NCBI GenBank assembly: GCA_030613065.1
Contig: JAUWMQ010000002.1
Coordinates: 18,007-82,006 of the forward strand
Origin: Candidatus Aegiribacteria sp.
GTDB taxonomy: Bacteria; Fermentibacterota; Fermentibacteria; Fermentibacterales; JCC-6
Reading direction: 5' to 3'
DNA length: 64,000 bases
In this document: piece after piece, positions 39,139-49,497 of the stretch
How positions within the stretch are numbered: position 1 is the first letter of the stretch
Layout of the letters: each line of letters starts with the position of its first letter
Position numbers and translations under genes: made by a program
The notes under the pieces: model-generated
What the model saw: the letters and a program-made list of their open reading frames with translations, nothing else
What the model was told of the DNA's origin: nothing
The model's database searches: none

Positions 39139-40221
39139 ATGCTAGACCTGAAAACGGATAACACATCGAAACCCACCGAGAAAACTACGGAACGAATTCT
39201 GGTTGTAAAACTCTATGCTATAGGCGATTTCATTATGTCTCTTCCCGGCCTGGAACTTTTGAGGAGGCGGAATCCTGCTGCTGAAATACACCTTCTTACT
39301 GGAGGAATTATAGCCCCTCTGGCCCACTGCTCGGCACCAGTTGACAGAATTATTCACGTCAGCGAGAAAAATTTCACTGATGGTCGCAGATGTTTATCTC
39401 TTATCCCCCTTATGGCTCAGCTTAGAAAGTACAGATATTCGAGAGCATACCTTCTTCACAGAGTGCTCCCGTTGAGACTGTTCCTGCTCTCCACCGGCGC
39501 GCGAAGCAGAATCGGTCAGGGAAATAGAAAAACGGGACTCTCAAACACAGTGCCGTTCGAAACTGGCAGAACGGAACATGATACTGAACGTTATGCCAGG
39601 CTGTTCGGCTGGAGCGGAAGCGAACCTCTCCCTGAGCCGAAAGTCAATCTTCCGGAATATCCTGCTGGCGGCCCAATAGCCTCTGCCATCGAATCAAGGC
39701 CTGTAGCTGTCAGTCCAGGTGGAGGCAGGTCAAGCATCAGGGATATGAATTGGAAGAGATGGCCTGCTGACAGGTTCCGCGAACTGATTGATCTGCTCCA
39801 CGGCGAGAATGTCAGAACGGTGATACTGGGAAGCAGGAAAGACAGGGACATTATCGGTCAAGTCCTTGACAATCTGCCTTGCACGGCAACGGATCTCGTA
39901 GGGAAGACATCTCTTGTTGAGGCAGCCGGAATTCTCTCAGCATGCAGGATGCTGATAACAAACGACAGCAGTCTGATGCATATTGCCGGGTTGGTCTCCA
40001 CCCCGACCCTGACTCTTTTCGGACCTACCGATCCTTCGCGAATAGGCGTATATCCTCCCTCACCGTATCACCGGAACCTGGTTTCCGATGACGCTCCTTG
40101 TCGTCCATGCCACCCCACCAGGGGGATAAATGGTTGTGAATCTGTCGAATGCATGGTTTCTCTAAGTCTAGACATGGTTTGGGAAGAAACCAGGGAAATG
40201 CTGGATACTACCGAAATCTGA
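39139..40221 (+). CDS. GT9 glycosyltransferase (heptosyltransferase family)
   Basis: ILVVKLYAIGDFIMSLPGLELLRRRNP is the GT9 N-terminal signature. The C-terminus contains NDSSLMHIAGLVSTPTLTLFGPTDP. Confidence 0.75.
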   Translation: MLDLKTDNTSKPTEKTTERILVVKLYAIGDFIMSLPGLELLRRRNPAAEIHLLTGGIIAPLAHCSAPVDRIIHVSEKNFTDGRRCLSLIPLMAQLRKYRYSRAYLLHRVLPLRLFLLSTGARSRIGQGNRKTGLSNTVPFETGRTEHDTERYARLFGWSGSEPLPEPKVNLPEYPAGGPIASAIESRPVAVSPGGGRSSIRDMNWKRWPADRFRELIDLLHGENVRTVILGSRKDRDIIGQVLDNLPCTATDLVGKTSLVEAAGILSACRMLITNDSSLMHIAGLVSTPTLTLFGPTDPSRIGVYPPSPYHRNLVSDDAPCRPCHPTRGINGCESVECMVSLSLDMVWEETREMLDTTEI

Positions 40222-40232
40222 AAATACAGCAG

Positions 40233-41432
40233 TCAGACAGTAACAATTCCGGATAGTATTTCCTTGAGGCTTTGCACTGCACTGGAAACGGTTCTAATCC
40301 GGGTAACAAACCTCCGGCCACCCTCGGTCACTCTTTCCCATAAATGCTGGTCAGTCAATATCATTGAGAGAACTTCAGCCATATCAGACGGGTCCCTTTT
40401 CACAAGTATACCGTTTTCTCCGCTCTGGATATTATCGACGAACCCTCCCTCTTTTACCGCAATGACAGGTATGAAACAGGACATGGACTCAAGAGGCACC
40501 AGACCGTAGGGTTCATTGTATTGACAGCAGAGGACAGCTTTACCCGTGCTGTATAGAAGCCTGAGCTCCTCATTCGAGATACTCCTCTTTATACTCAGGT
40601 TCACGCCGAGTTCATTTGCAATTCTTTCGAGTCTGCTGATATACCCCGGGAATTCCCTGTCACCAACGATAGTAAGAGAGGGCCTGATATCCGGCGTGAT
40701 CATTGAAACGACCTTAATCGCCATTTCATGTCCCTTAAAAGGCCAAAAGGCTCCTACACTCAGAACGAACTGCTTTCTTTCCGAAGACTCATGAGACTGG
40801 AAGAATTCCGTATCGATACCCGGTCTCACTATCGATGATTCTATACCGTAGATGTCGAGTATCCTTTTTTTCATCCAGACTGACAGAGTTACCATTGCAT
40901 CCGCGTTCAGAGCAGCTTTTCTGTCCATTTTCTTTTCCATACTTCTCAAAGGAGTGAGTAGAAACCTGGATAATCCGTTTTCTGTCCTGCTTATAAGTTC
41001 CGGTTCGTAAAGATGGCGGGGAAACTCGTAACAGAAGTAAACGGAGGGAACTCTCAGATAGTTCAGAATGGGAGGAGCCGCTAAGAACATGGAATTATGC
41101 ACAAGCGCGAGATCCGATGTGGAATTGATCTCCTCCGCAACGCCGCGGCAAAGCCTGTCAAAAGATCTCAGCCTGGCCGGGAGTGATAAAGGAGCCGAAA
41201 GCTTTCTTATACCGGAAAGTCTTCTTCCAGCTCGGAAAGGCCATTCCTTTCTGGAAATACTTCCGGGGATGTTCAGGGAGGAAGAGCCGAAAGGAGAATG
41301 AACAGTTATGGAAAAGAAATCCTTGAGTTCCTGAAGCAGAGCCCCCGCGACATTAGCCCCTCCACCGACCGGCAGATTATGGAATACCGCCAGCTTCGGC
41401 CGAATACGGGTTGTTTCAGGGATATCCGCCAT
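40233..41432 (-). CDS. GT1/GT4 glycosyltransferase
   Basis: YNEPYGLVPLESMSCFIPVIAVKEGG EX7E motif. Confidence 0.8.
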   Translation of the reverse strand: MADIPETTRIRPKLAVFHNLPVGGGANVAGALLQELKDFFSITVHSPFGSSSLNIPGSISRKEWPFRAGRRLSGIRKLSAPLSLPARLRSFDRLCRGVAEEINSTSDLALVHNSMFLAAPPILNYLRVPSVYFCYEFPRHLYEPELISRTENGLSRFLLTPLRSMEKKMDRKAALNADAMVTLSVWMKKRILDIYGIESSIVRPGIDTEFFQSHESSERKQFVLSVGAFWPFKGHEMAIKVVSMITPDIRPSLTIVGDREFPGYISRLERIANELGVNLSIKRSISNEELRLLYSTGKAVLCCQYNEPYGLVPLESMSCFIPVIAVKEGGFVDNIQSGENGILVKRDPSDMAEVLSMILTDQHLWERVTEGGRRFVTRIRTVSSAVQSLKEILSGIVTV

Positions 41433-41518
41433 TCTTATCCTTCCCGCTACAGTTTCGGAACGCTTGCACAGCTTCTGGTATTATATATTCCATTATAAAT
41501 TAAGACGATTCAGGCTTT

Positions 41519-42445
41519 TTGAAAACCGGAGGAATCCACATGCGCTTAGCTGTCGTCCTGGTCAATTACGGACAGTGGGAACTGACAGGGAAATGTGTCG
41601 ATTCCCTTGGCAGATCCCGTGGTATGGATATCAGGATTACACTCATAGACAACTGCTCACCGGAACCAGTTCCGCAATGGGTAACCCGCCGCTCCGACAT
41701 CAGGTTCAGACGGATTCCAGAGAATACAGGCTTTGCCGGAGGCAACAATGCGGGTTTCCGGATATCTCTGGCGGATGAAGCGGAGTACACACTTTTCCTG
41801 AACAACGACGCAGAAGTTCTTCCCGAAACAGTTCACAACCTGGCAAGGTATCTTAGCGAGAACAGAGGAACCGGTATTGTGGCCCCGGCAGTCTACTGGA
41901 AATCGAACCCCGAAAAACTCTGGGGCGCGGGGGGAAAATTCGTCAAATGGAAAATGCGCTTCGAACAGGTAGATATTCCAGAGAGGGAATGCAGTCCCGA
42001 TGAAGGAATACCGGTGGATTTCGTGTCGGGATGTGCTTTGATGATAAGGACAGATCTTTTCAGCATGATAGGCGGTTTCAGGGAAGACTTCTTCATGTAT
42101 TACGAGGACGCTGATCTTTGCAGAAAAGTAATTGAACGGGGTTATTCGGTCGAAGTGCTTCCTTCGGAGACGGTCCTTCACAGCGTGGCTTCCGGAAGCG
42201 GTGGAGAGCTTTCCAGAATCGCCCTCTATTTTTCTGAAAGGAACAGGATAATTCTTTCCCGCGATATGCTGTCTCCAGCGATGAGATTTGTTTTCATGGT
42301 CTACAAGAGTGCCGTTCTGCTGGTGCTGACAATGAAATTCCTTCTCTGGCAGGGTCCCGAACTGATTCCATGCATATGGCGGGGATACTTCGATGGCCTT
42401 ACTGGAAGAACCGGTTATTCGAACGTGATAGATAAGCTTATCTGA
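41519..42445 (+). CDS. GT2 glycosyltransferase (rhamnosyltransferase-like)
   Basis: LAVVLVNYGQWELT, LIDNCSP, NTGFAGGNNAGF and NNDAEV. Confidence 0.8.
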   Translation: MKTGGIHMRLAVVLVNYGQWELTGKCVDSLGRSRGMDIRITLIDNCSPEPVPQWVTRRSDIRFRRIPENTGFAGGNNAGFRISLADEAEYTLFLNNDAEVLPETVHNLARYLSENRGTGIVAPAVYWKSNPEKLWGAGGKFVKWKMRFEQVDIPERECSPDEGIPVDFVSGCALMIRTDLFSMIGGFREDFFMYYEDADLCRKVIERGYSVEVLPSETVLHSVASGSGGELSRIALYFSERNRIILSRDMLSPAMRFVFMVYKSAVLLVLTMKFLLWQGPELIPCIWRGYFDGLTGRTGYSNVIDKLI

Positions 42446-42569
42446 AAGATGATCGCATAACTCTTTCCGGAATCTGCATATTGATTATCTTACCAGCTTA
42501 AATCCCCTTAGACTAAGGTGTAGCGGCAAGAGAAGAAAAGACAGGATCGGATTCAGGAGAATATCAATA

Positions 42570-42863
42570 ATGATATGTAATAACTGCGGGAATATTTGTG
42601 ATAAAAGAACTGTTGGTTTTCAGAACCTGTGTGAAAATTGCGGGGAATATCTTCATACCTGCTTCAACTGTAACATTTACGATTCAACTGCGGAGAGATG
42701 CCGGTCATTTACCACGGAAGCTGTCGGTGATAGAAAAGGCAAAAATTACTGCGAGGAGTTTATTCCCAATAAGGGGATTGTACCAGGACCGGATTCAGTG
42801 AGAGGTAATACCTCCGATGATTTCGAAACACTTTTCAATATGAATGGTGAGAAAAAGCTATGA
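42570..42863 (+). CDS. Small cysteine-rich protein with three CxxC pairs (predicted zinc ribbon), translationally coupled to the Wzy-like gene
   Basis: MICNNCGNIC...CENCGEYLHTCFNC... gives CxxC at residues 3/6, 21/24 and 31/34. Its stop overlaps the start of the next gene by 4 nt. Confidence 0.45.
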   Translation: MICNNCGNICDKRTVGFQNLCENCGEYLHTCFNCNIYDSTAERCRSFTTEAVGDRKGKNYCEEFIPNKGIVPGPDSVRGNTSDDFETLFNMNGEKKL

Positions 42864-44320
42864 GGGGATTTCCTCAAGAATTGAATGATATTTCTGAATG
42901 CAGACTCAAAATCCGGGGTGTAATTGTAATACTCCTCCTTACCGCGGTATACTTCACCAGTTATTTTTTTATGCCAGAGAAAATCCTTTTCCTGCTCATT
43001 GCCGGGACAGCTCTTATCACCCTTTTTTTTGTTAGACCAGAACCCGGTTTCTGGCTTCTCCTGTTACCTCTTGTTTTCATGTCAGGCGGATTAACACTGT
43101 CAATGGGTGAGTTTGAACCCGCTGTTGCTACTGTAGTTATGGCAATGTTTGCATTTTTCTATACTGCCGACAGAATACTCCGGAATAAGACCCTGTTTAT
43201 ACCGTCTCCTTTCCTTTTCTTCATCTTCATCGGGTTTCTTATTCAAGTGTTCAGCATATTCATATCAATCCATTTACACGGGCAACACCTGTGGAATGCC
43301 ATCAGAGAGGGGAGCAGCTTTTTCCTTTTCTTTCCCCTCGCTATAGTAATTCCGGTTTTATGCAGAACCGACGATAAGCTTAATCAGCTGTTGCGTGCAG
43401 TACTGATTGCTGTTCTGATTGCTTCTGTAATAGGGGTAATACAATATTTCTCAATCACAAGTTTCTCAAGGGTAGATATGAGTCTGGGATATGTGTATAA
43501 AGGAAGAATAGCGAGTCTATTCGGCAACTCGAACATATTCGCAGGCTACCTTGAGCTGGGCATCCCTCCTGCCATAGCTCTTTTCTTCCTGGAGAAGAAC
43601 ATAAAATGGAAGATCACCGCAGCAGCAGCAGTTGCCTTTGGTATTCTCAGCGTGCTGTATACCTTCTCAAGGGGGGGGCTGATATGTACTTTTATCGGCT
43701 GCGGAATAACTCTGCTATACGTTTTCAGGTCAAAGATATGGATACCCGTAATTCTAGGTGTTCTGTCGATATTCATATTGATAATGAGCGCGGATACCTT
43801 CGAAAGACAGATGTCCTTTTTCATGAACCCGGAAGCTCACCTTAACCAGCCAACTATCCTTCACAGATACATAACCTACAGTGGCTTCTTCGATCAGATA
43901 GCTGAGTCCCCTGTCACTGGTGTCGGATGGGGAGCCAGGGAGTTCTTCTGGGGAAGGTCACCGATATACACTTTCTGGGAGGTAAGACACGCCGTGAGCG
44001 TGGAAACGATACGGACGTTCGGTGGTCTGAACAACCTTTTCCTCAATCAGGCGGTGAAGGGGGGGATAGTGTCCGTTATCTCCGCTCTTATTGTTTTCGC
44101 AGCGATTTTCGCCGCCTTTTTCAGAGCATTCAAGAGAGGTAGAGGTATAGTTGCTATCGCTCTTATAGCAGGAATTTCCAGCTTCCTGCTTCATCAGTTT
44201 TTAGACAACCTGATCCGATTTCCGACTGTCAACGCACAATTCTGGACAGTCTCAGGTTTACTGCTGGCTCTTGCTGCATCCGGGTCGAAGATATCAGATA
44301 AGGACAAACAGGAAAGTTAG
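42860..44320 (+). CDS. O-antigen polymerase/ligase-like membrane protein (Wzy_C / O-antigen ligase family)
   Basis: 486 aa with about 11 TM helices and a large periplasmic loop with conserved R/H residues (FSRGGLICTF...), as in Wzy/WaaL. Confidence 0.65.
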   Translation: MRGFPQELNDISECRLKIRGVIVILLLTAVYFTSYFFMPEKILFLLIAGTALITLFFVRPEPGFWLLLLPLVFMSGGLTLSMGEFEPAVATVVMAMFAFFYTADRILRNKTLFIPSPFLFFIFIGFLIQVFSIFISIHLHGQHLWNAIREGSSFFLFFPLAIVIPVLCRTDDKLNQLLRAVLIAVLIASVIGVIQYFSITSFSRVDMSLGYVYKGRIASLFGNSNIFAGYLELGIPPAIALFFLEKNIKWKITAAAAVAFGILSVLYTFSRGGLICTFIGCGITLLYVFRSKIWIPVILGVLSIFILIMSADTFERQMSFFMNPEAHLNQPTILHRYITYSGFFDQIAESPVTGVGWGAREFFWGRSPIYTFWEVRHAVSVETIRTFGGLNNLFLNQAVKGGIVSVISALIVFAAIFAAFFRAFKRGRGIVAIALIAGISSFLLHQFLDNLIRFPTVNAQFWTVSGLLLALAASGSKISDKDKQES

Positions 44321-44360
44321 CTTTTTCTGAACGGATGACATCAAGGATAATCTTTGATCT

Positions 44361-46031
44361 TTAAACCCGAGGGTGCTTTCTTCCGGGTAAGAGTTTACAC
44401 TTTACCACGTCAGCGTAAATTCTGTAAGTCTTCGAGCCGACAAGGGCTGTGATTACAACGTAAATAAATACCGCCGGTACAATACTGAGCGAAATGTTGA
44501 ATATTCTTTCGGAGAGGGAGGCATTCAGTTCTACAGGGAACAGCCGGCTGGACAGCAGCAGATATCCTGCCATTACTACGGTTGAAAGAAGAATTTTCAG
44601 ATATTCTGGAATGAAATCCGATCCGTTGATTCCTCCAAGTCTTTTTCTGAGGAAATACATAAGAAAAAGTGTTTTTGCTCCTGAAGTCAGGGTAGTTGCC
44701 AGGGCAAGTCCGTTAATTCCAAGAGGCTGAAGTAGAATGATATTTAACAGAATGTTCGCCATTACTCCCCATATTCCGATAATCACAGGGATAATAGGCT
44801 CTTTAAGGGAATAGAAAACCCTGTCTACTATGCGTCCTATTCCTAACTGGGCAAACCACGGAGAATAGAATGCCAGAGCGTAACCAATGCGCTGTGACTG
44901 TTCGGGACCGAAATTGCCTCTCTGAAAGAGAATGGATATCAGTGGTACAGAAAGAACCACAAGAATTCCAGAAACTGGTACAGCGTAATAGGAAAAGTAC
45001 TTGATGAAACTTGATAATTCGCTTTTCAGTTTCTTTAGATTGTTCTCGGCTGCAATTTTTGCGAGTGAAACCGTTGACAGGATGATAATGGGTTGAATCA
45101 GGATGATCCGGATCAGATTCCTTATTCTTGATGCATAATCCAGTGCAGTTACAGAACTTGTCCTTAGAAATGAAGCCAAAACCTTATCCGCCACAGGGCC
45201 GAGGAAACCGGTTACAACGCCTATAATGACGGGCATAGCCAGTCTAACCATTCCCCTGAAATCGTGGTCTCGTGGATCAATCGTCAACTGGTAGTGCAGA
45301 CGGAGACGCAAAGAAATAACTGCACATATGGAAAACGACACAAAGGCTCCGGCGACACCGGAAACAGGTATTACCATAATCCCGAGGCTTTCGTGCCCCA
45401 GAAGGACAATTATGTATGAAACAAGAATCTGAAAGACTCGGACAAAACTGACAAGACCATACCTTTTCCCGTAGATCAGGAAGTTATGCAGAATTCCTTC
45501 GATAGAGTTAAGGAAAATCACAGGAAGGAATATCGTCAGTATCTTACCGGCCAGGACAAGAGTGTTCTCCTCTGCTCCCGGACCAATAAAGCGGACAACT
45601 GATGATCCGAATAGCAATACAATGCCTATAAGCAAAGCACCAGATAAGGACATCCAGTTGATTATTCTGCTGATCAGTCGATTACCAGCAGTATCTCCCT
45701 TTTGGAGAATTACTTTTGAATAGACAGGCATGAATACCGCTCCGAACGCAGTGAATATCACCTGTTGGAGAAGAATAGGAATCACCATGGCAATTGAAGC
45801 GGCATCCGTCTGCCAGGTAGTGCCGAAGATCTGTGCTATCTCGGCAAAGCGGAGATAAGTAATGAAGGCAATGAGAAGATTCCCGATTGAAAGCAGCGAG
45901 AACCCGGCTCCCTTACCTTTTTTACCTCCCAGCCAGTTCAGAACTTTCTTCAAGAAATTCCTTTCAAAAGTGCATTCATGAGAGTATGTTCGCACGGAGG
46001 AATAATACGCATCACCGTTGCAGGAAAACAC
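44361..46031 (-). CDS. MOP-superfamily flippase (Wzx/MurJ-like polysaccharide transporter)
   Basis: 556 aa with 12-14 TM helices and the pattern typical of polysaccharide biosynthesis (Wzx) proteins. Confidence 0.75.
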   Translation of the reverse strand: MFSCNGDAYYSSVRTYSHECTFERNFLKKVLNWLGGKKGKGAGFSLLSIGNLLIAFITYLRFAEIAQIFGTTWQTDAASIAMVIPILLQQVIFTAFGAVFMPVYSKVILQKGDTAGNRLISRIINWMSLSGALLIGIVLLFGSSVVRFIGPGAEENTLVLAGKILTIFLPVIFLNSIEGILHNFLIYGKRYGLVSFVRVFQILVSYIIVLLGHESLGIMVIPVSGVAGAFVSFSICAVISLRLRLHYQLTIDPRDHDFRGMVRLAMPVIIGVVTGFLGPVADKVLASFLRTSSVTALDYASRIRNLIRIILIQPIIILSTVSLAKIAAENNLKKLKSELSSFIKYFSYYAVPVSGILVVLSVPLISILFQRGNFGPEQSQRIGYALAFYSPWFAQLGIGRIVDRVFYSLKEPIIPVIIGIWGVMANILLNIILLQPLGINGLALATTLTSGAKTLFLMYFLRKRLGGINGSDFIPEYLKILLSTVVMAGYLLLSSRLFPVELNASLSERIFNISLSIVPAVFIYVVITALVGSKTYRIYADVVKCKLLPGRKHPRV

Positions 46032-46161
46032 AATCCGATCAAAAACATCAATATATTATAATTTAGATTGAGTGATTCTGCATAATTCCATCACAGAAAG
46101 TATTTAAGGAGTAGAATACAAGGTTGTTTACGCTGAATGCCAGGTTATTCTCTTCGCTGGA

Positions 46162-47256
46162 ATGCTGTATTATGTTTTCCGAATGCAGATAGGAATATAT
46201 GTTGACTTCCCCGGAGATCTCACAGGAGTTGCCCGTTACGGAGTTGAAATAGCAAAAGCGCTTAAGCGAAGGGATGCTCTTGCAGAACTGTGGATGAACC
46301 GTGATCTCAAAAGTGACACGGGTGTTCTCGGTTCACTTGAGGTGCCGGGTCTTTTCTTTCCAAAATTCAGGAGAATTACAGATTTATACTGGCCCGGGCT
46401 GCGGTTCCGCAGAGCAGGCCTGGATGTACTCCTGTGTCCTGGTACTACTTTAATAAAGACCCTTCTTCCAATGAAACAGGCGGTTATGGTTCACGATATG
46501 GGGCCGTTTAAATATCCGGAGATGAAGAGGAGGGATGATACTGCAGCATGGCAGGAACGGATAAGACAGGTAGCTGCCCATGCGGATGTTATTGCAACAA
46601 ATTCATTGACAACAAAGGATGATCTGCTAAGCGTATTTCCACATATTGAAGACAAGGTGTTCAATACCCCCCTTGGAACCGATCATTATCCTGACAGGAC
46701 GGATCACGTTCCTGAAGGGAGACACATTCTGGCAGTTGGTACGGTTGAACCAAGAAAGAATTACAGAACTCTCATGAAGGCTTACAGCATTCTTGCAACT
46801 TCTAATGGGAATTCTCTTCCGCCTCTTGTCATAGCAGGCGGCATGGGCTTTCGGGCTGAAGAGATCATGGGATATGCAGTGGAATGTGGAATCTCCAGCG
46901 AAGTAACATTTACAGGATATGCCTCAGAATCTAAACTTGCCGACCTTTACAGTAAGGCCGCCTGTCTGGTTCATACCGCTCATTACGAGGGTTTTGGTTT
47001 TACTATTCCAGAAGCATTTTCGTGGAAGCTTCCAGTAGCCGCGCCTGACAATACAGCAATCAGAGAGTATTTCAGCAACGCCGCCTGGATGATTGATGTA
47101 TCAAGCCCTGAATCTGTAGCATCCGGTATAAGGCTCTGTCTTGATAGAGGAGTTTCCACCGAACAGCAGATAGAGAGAGACCGGCTTTCCAGAATTCTAA
47201 CATGGGATAACTGTTCTGAAAAAACTCTTAATGCCCTTGAAGAAGTGCTTTCATGA
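46162..47256 (+). CDS. GT1/GT4 glycosyltransferase
   Basis: VHTAHYEGFGFTIPEAFSWKLPVAAPD EX7E motif. Confidence 0.8.
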   Translation: MLYYVFRMQIGIYVDFPGDLTGVARYGVEIAKALKRRDALAELWMNRDLKSDTGVLGSLEVPGLFFPKFRRITDLYWPGLRFRRAGLDVLLCPGTTLIKTLLPMKQAVMVHDMGPFKYPEMKRRDDTAAWQERIRQVAAHADVIATNSLTTKDDLLSVFPHIEDKVFNTPLGTDHYPDRTDHVPEGRHILAVGTVEPRKNYRTLMKAYSILATSNGNSLPPLVIAGGMGFRAEEIMGYAVECGISSEVTFTGYASESKLADLYSKAACLVHTAHYEGFGFTIPEAFSWKLPVAAPDNTAIREYFSNAAWMIDVSSPESVASGIRLCLDRGVSTEQQIERDRLSRILTWDNCSEKTLNALEEVLS

Positions 47257-48527
47257 CAGATATTCTTCTAATCGGGGATGATGGCTCACGCTCAGCAGAC
47301 AGAGGTACCGGAGCATGCATTGCACGAACAGCAAGATTCAGGCATGCGCTTGAAACAGCTGGATTCAGGGTTTCCGTATTATCTCCATCTGAAGGAGCCG
47401 GTGGAGCCGCTGAGATAAATCAGTTTCTCAGAGAAGAATCATTTACCGGTATTGTAGCCATCAGTCCATTTCCCGCAGAGGCTGCTGCTATTGCCGATCC
47501 GGATCTGCCAGTATGGATAGACATGAATGGAACGCATCCGGCAGAGATTCAGCTTCAGGGTAACGAAGATGGTAAAGGTGGAGAGCGACTTATCAGGATA
47601 CTTGCTCTTGAAAACAGCCTTCTCATGAGAGGGGACGCTTTTTCGACGCCCTCCCGGCGACAGGCATTTGCCGTCAGAGGCGAGCTTCTTCTTCTCGGCC
47701 GGATGGGATCACAATCAAAAGAAATCATTAAGGTGGAACCCATTCCAAACTGTTCCATGGGGAATTTTGAAAAGAATGATAAATCCGCACCGGGATTCAG
47801 GATAATATCCACCGGATCGTTCAATCAATGGTTTGATGAGATTACGCTGTTCAAAGCTCTGGAATCCGTCATGGAGAAGGATGAAAGCATAGATTTCATT
47901 TCCACAGGCGGACGAATTCCGTTTTCGCCGAAGAAATACGACAATTTTAAAAAATTGATAGAAAACTCACGATTCAGAAAAAGGTTTACGCTGCATGGAT
48001 GGATCCCGTACGAAAAATTACTTGAAGTCTATAGAACAGCATCTGCTGCAGTTTATACAGACATCCCTGTACTTGAATCAACTCTTGGCGCGAGAACAAG
48101 AGCTCTCGATTGGATCAAAAGAGGAATACCCGCGATCTGTACTGATGGTACGGAAATATCGGAAGACATCCGGAAACATGATCTGGGAATTGTTGTGCAG
48201 CAGCAGGATCACGCAGCCCTGGCAGACGCTTTTTTGCAGCTTATTTCGTCACCGGAACTATCGGAGAACATTAGTGCGAATCAGGAAAAGTGGTGCTCTG
48301 GAGAAGGATCTTCGGAGAATCTGTTTCAGCCCCTTATACACTGGTGCAGGAACCCGTTGCGCATTAAAACCAATCCCGTTGGAACCGTGACAATACCCCG
48401 GCTTAACAGTATTGCGTACCTGAAGAAAATATTCTATAAGTTGTCGGCTGATAGGGGTATGAGGTACGCGGTTTATCGAGTGTGTGCAAGGATCTTGCCT
48501 TTTCTTAAACGCACCGCAGAGAAATGA
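47253..48527 (+). CDS. GT1-like glycosyltransferase (divergent)
   Basis: The C-terminal half resembles the GT-B donor domain (AAVYTDIPVLESTLGARTRALDWIKRGIPAICTDG). Start coupled to the upstream stop. Confidence 0.5.
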   Translation: MTDILLIGDDGSRSADRGTGACIARTARFRHALETAGFRVSVLSPSEGAGGAAEINQFLREESFTGIVAISPFPAEAAAIADPDLPVWIDMNGTHPAEIQLQGNEDGKGGERLIRILALENSLLMRGDAFSTPSRRQAFAVRGELLLLGRMGSQSKEIIKVEPIPNCSMGNFEKNDKSAPGFRIISTGSFNQWFDEITLFKALESVMEKDESIDFISTGGRIPFSPKKYDNFKKLIENSRFRKRFTLHGWIPYEKLLEVYRTASAAVYTDIPVLESTLGARTRALDWIKRGIPAICTDGTEISEDIRKHDLGIVVQQQDHAALADAFLQLISSPELSENISANQEKWCSGEGSSENLFQPLIHWCRNPLRIKTNPVGTVTIPRLNSIAYLKKIFYKLSADRGMRYAVYRVCARILPFLKRTAEK

Positions 48528-49497
48528 TTTCCTTCGCCTTTTTGTAGAGATATTTCTTTACCGGATTTGTCGAATCACAGCAAGTTGCAAATCGGCTGAA
48601 AATTTCATTAACTGAAATTGATGCATTGAGGGTTTCCACAGGTATTTTAAACCCATCGTGTGTACCTTTCAGTACTGACTTTGCGAGGGTAAATCTTCCT
48701 CTAAGAATACTGAGGAGAAACCAGAGATATTGCCAGAATTTGATATAAGGGCGTAGTTTCCTGAATGTTTCCGCATCGAAGTGCTTTCTAAGAACGAGCA
48801 GGCGATTGCGTATACAGCTGTATTCCTTGATGAAACTCCCACTGACTGAGGTGGCGGAATGCATGTGTCTTACAACAGCACAAGGTGCATATACAACCTT
48901 CCAGCCTGATCGTCTGAGCTCAAAACCAAGGTCCAGGTCTTCCTGATATAGAAAAAGCCGGTCCCAGAAAAGCCTTGAGCCGTCTGGAAGCGCACTACGG
49001 CGGATCATCACAGCACCTCCGCTGGGGAATGGGATTTCAATGGAAGTGTTATACTTCGATGCCGCTTCACCTTTTCCTATGTCCCTTGAAAATCCCATCC
49101 AGTCAATTTCTCCACCTGCGGAATCCATCATATTTATATCACTGATGTTTCTCATGGAGCTTGTGACTGCGGCAACAGATTGATCTTCCATGTGCTTAAG
49201 GAGGGCAGTCAGCCATCCATCCTCGACGATACAGTCATTGTTAAGAAGAACCAGAAAATCACCTGTTGCGGCGTTCAGTCCTGCGTTGTTAGCTCCTGTG
49301 AAACCGGTGTTGCTGTCAAGAGCCACCAGTACAATCTTTGGAAATTCATCTCTTACAATATCAGCTGAGCCATCTGATGATCCGTTGTCAACTACGATGA
49401 TCTGCTCGGGAACTCTGTCGTGATTGAGAAGTGAAATAATGCAATCCCTGAGAAAAACAATACCATTGTAGTTTGGAACTATTACCGAAACAGTCAT
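48505..49497 (-). CDS. GT2 glycosyltransferase
   Basis: VSVIVPNYNG, VVDNGSSDGS, NTGFTGANNAG and NNDCIV. Confidence 0.8.
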   Translation of the reverse strand: MTVSVIVPNYNGIVFLRDCIISLLNHDRVPEQIIVVDNGSSDGSADIVRDEFPKIVLVALDSNTGFTGANNAGLNAATGDFLVLLNNDCIVEDGWLTALLKHMEDQSVAAVTSSMRNISDINMMDSAGGEIDWMGFSRDIGKGEAASKYNTSIEIPFPSGGAVMIRRSALPDGSRLFWDRLFLYQEDLDLGFELRRSGWKVVYAPCAVVRHMHSATSVSGSFIKEYSCIRNRLLVLRKHFDAETFRKLRPYIKFWQYLWFLLSILRGRFTLAKSVLKGTHDGFKIPVETLNASISVNEIFSRFATCCDSTNPVKKYLYKKAKEIISLRCV

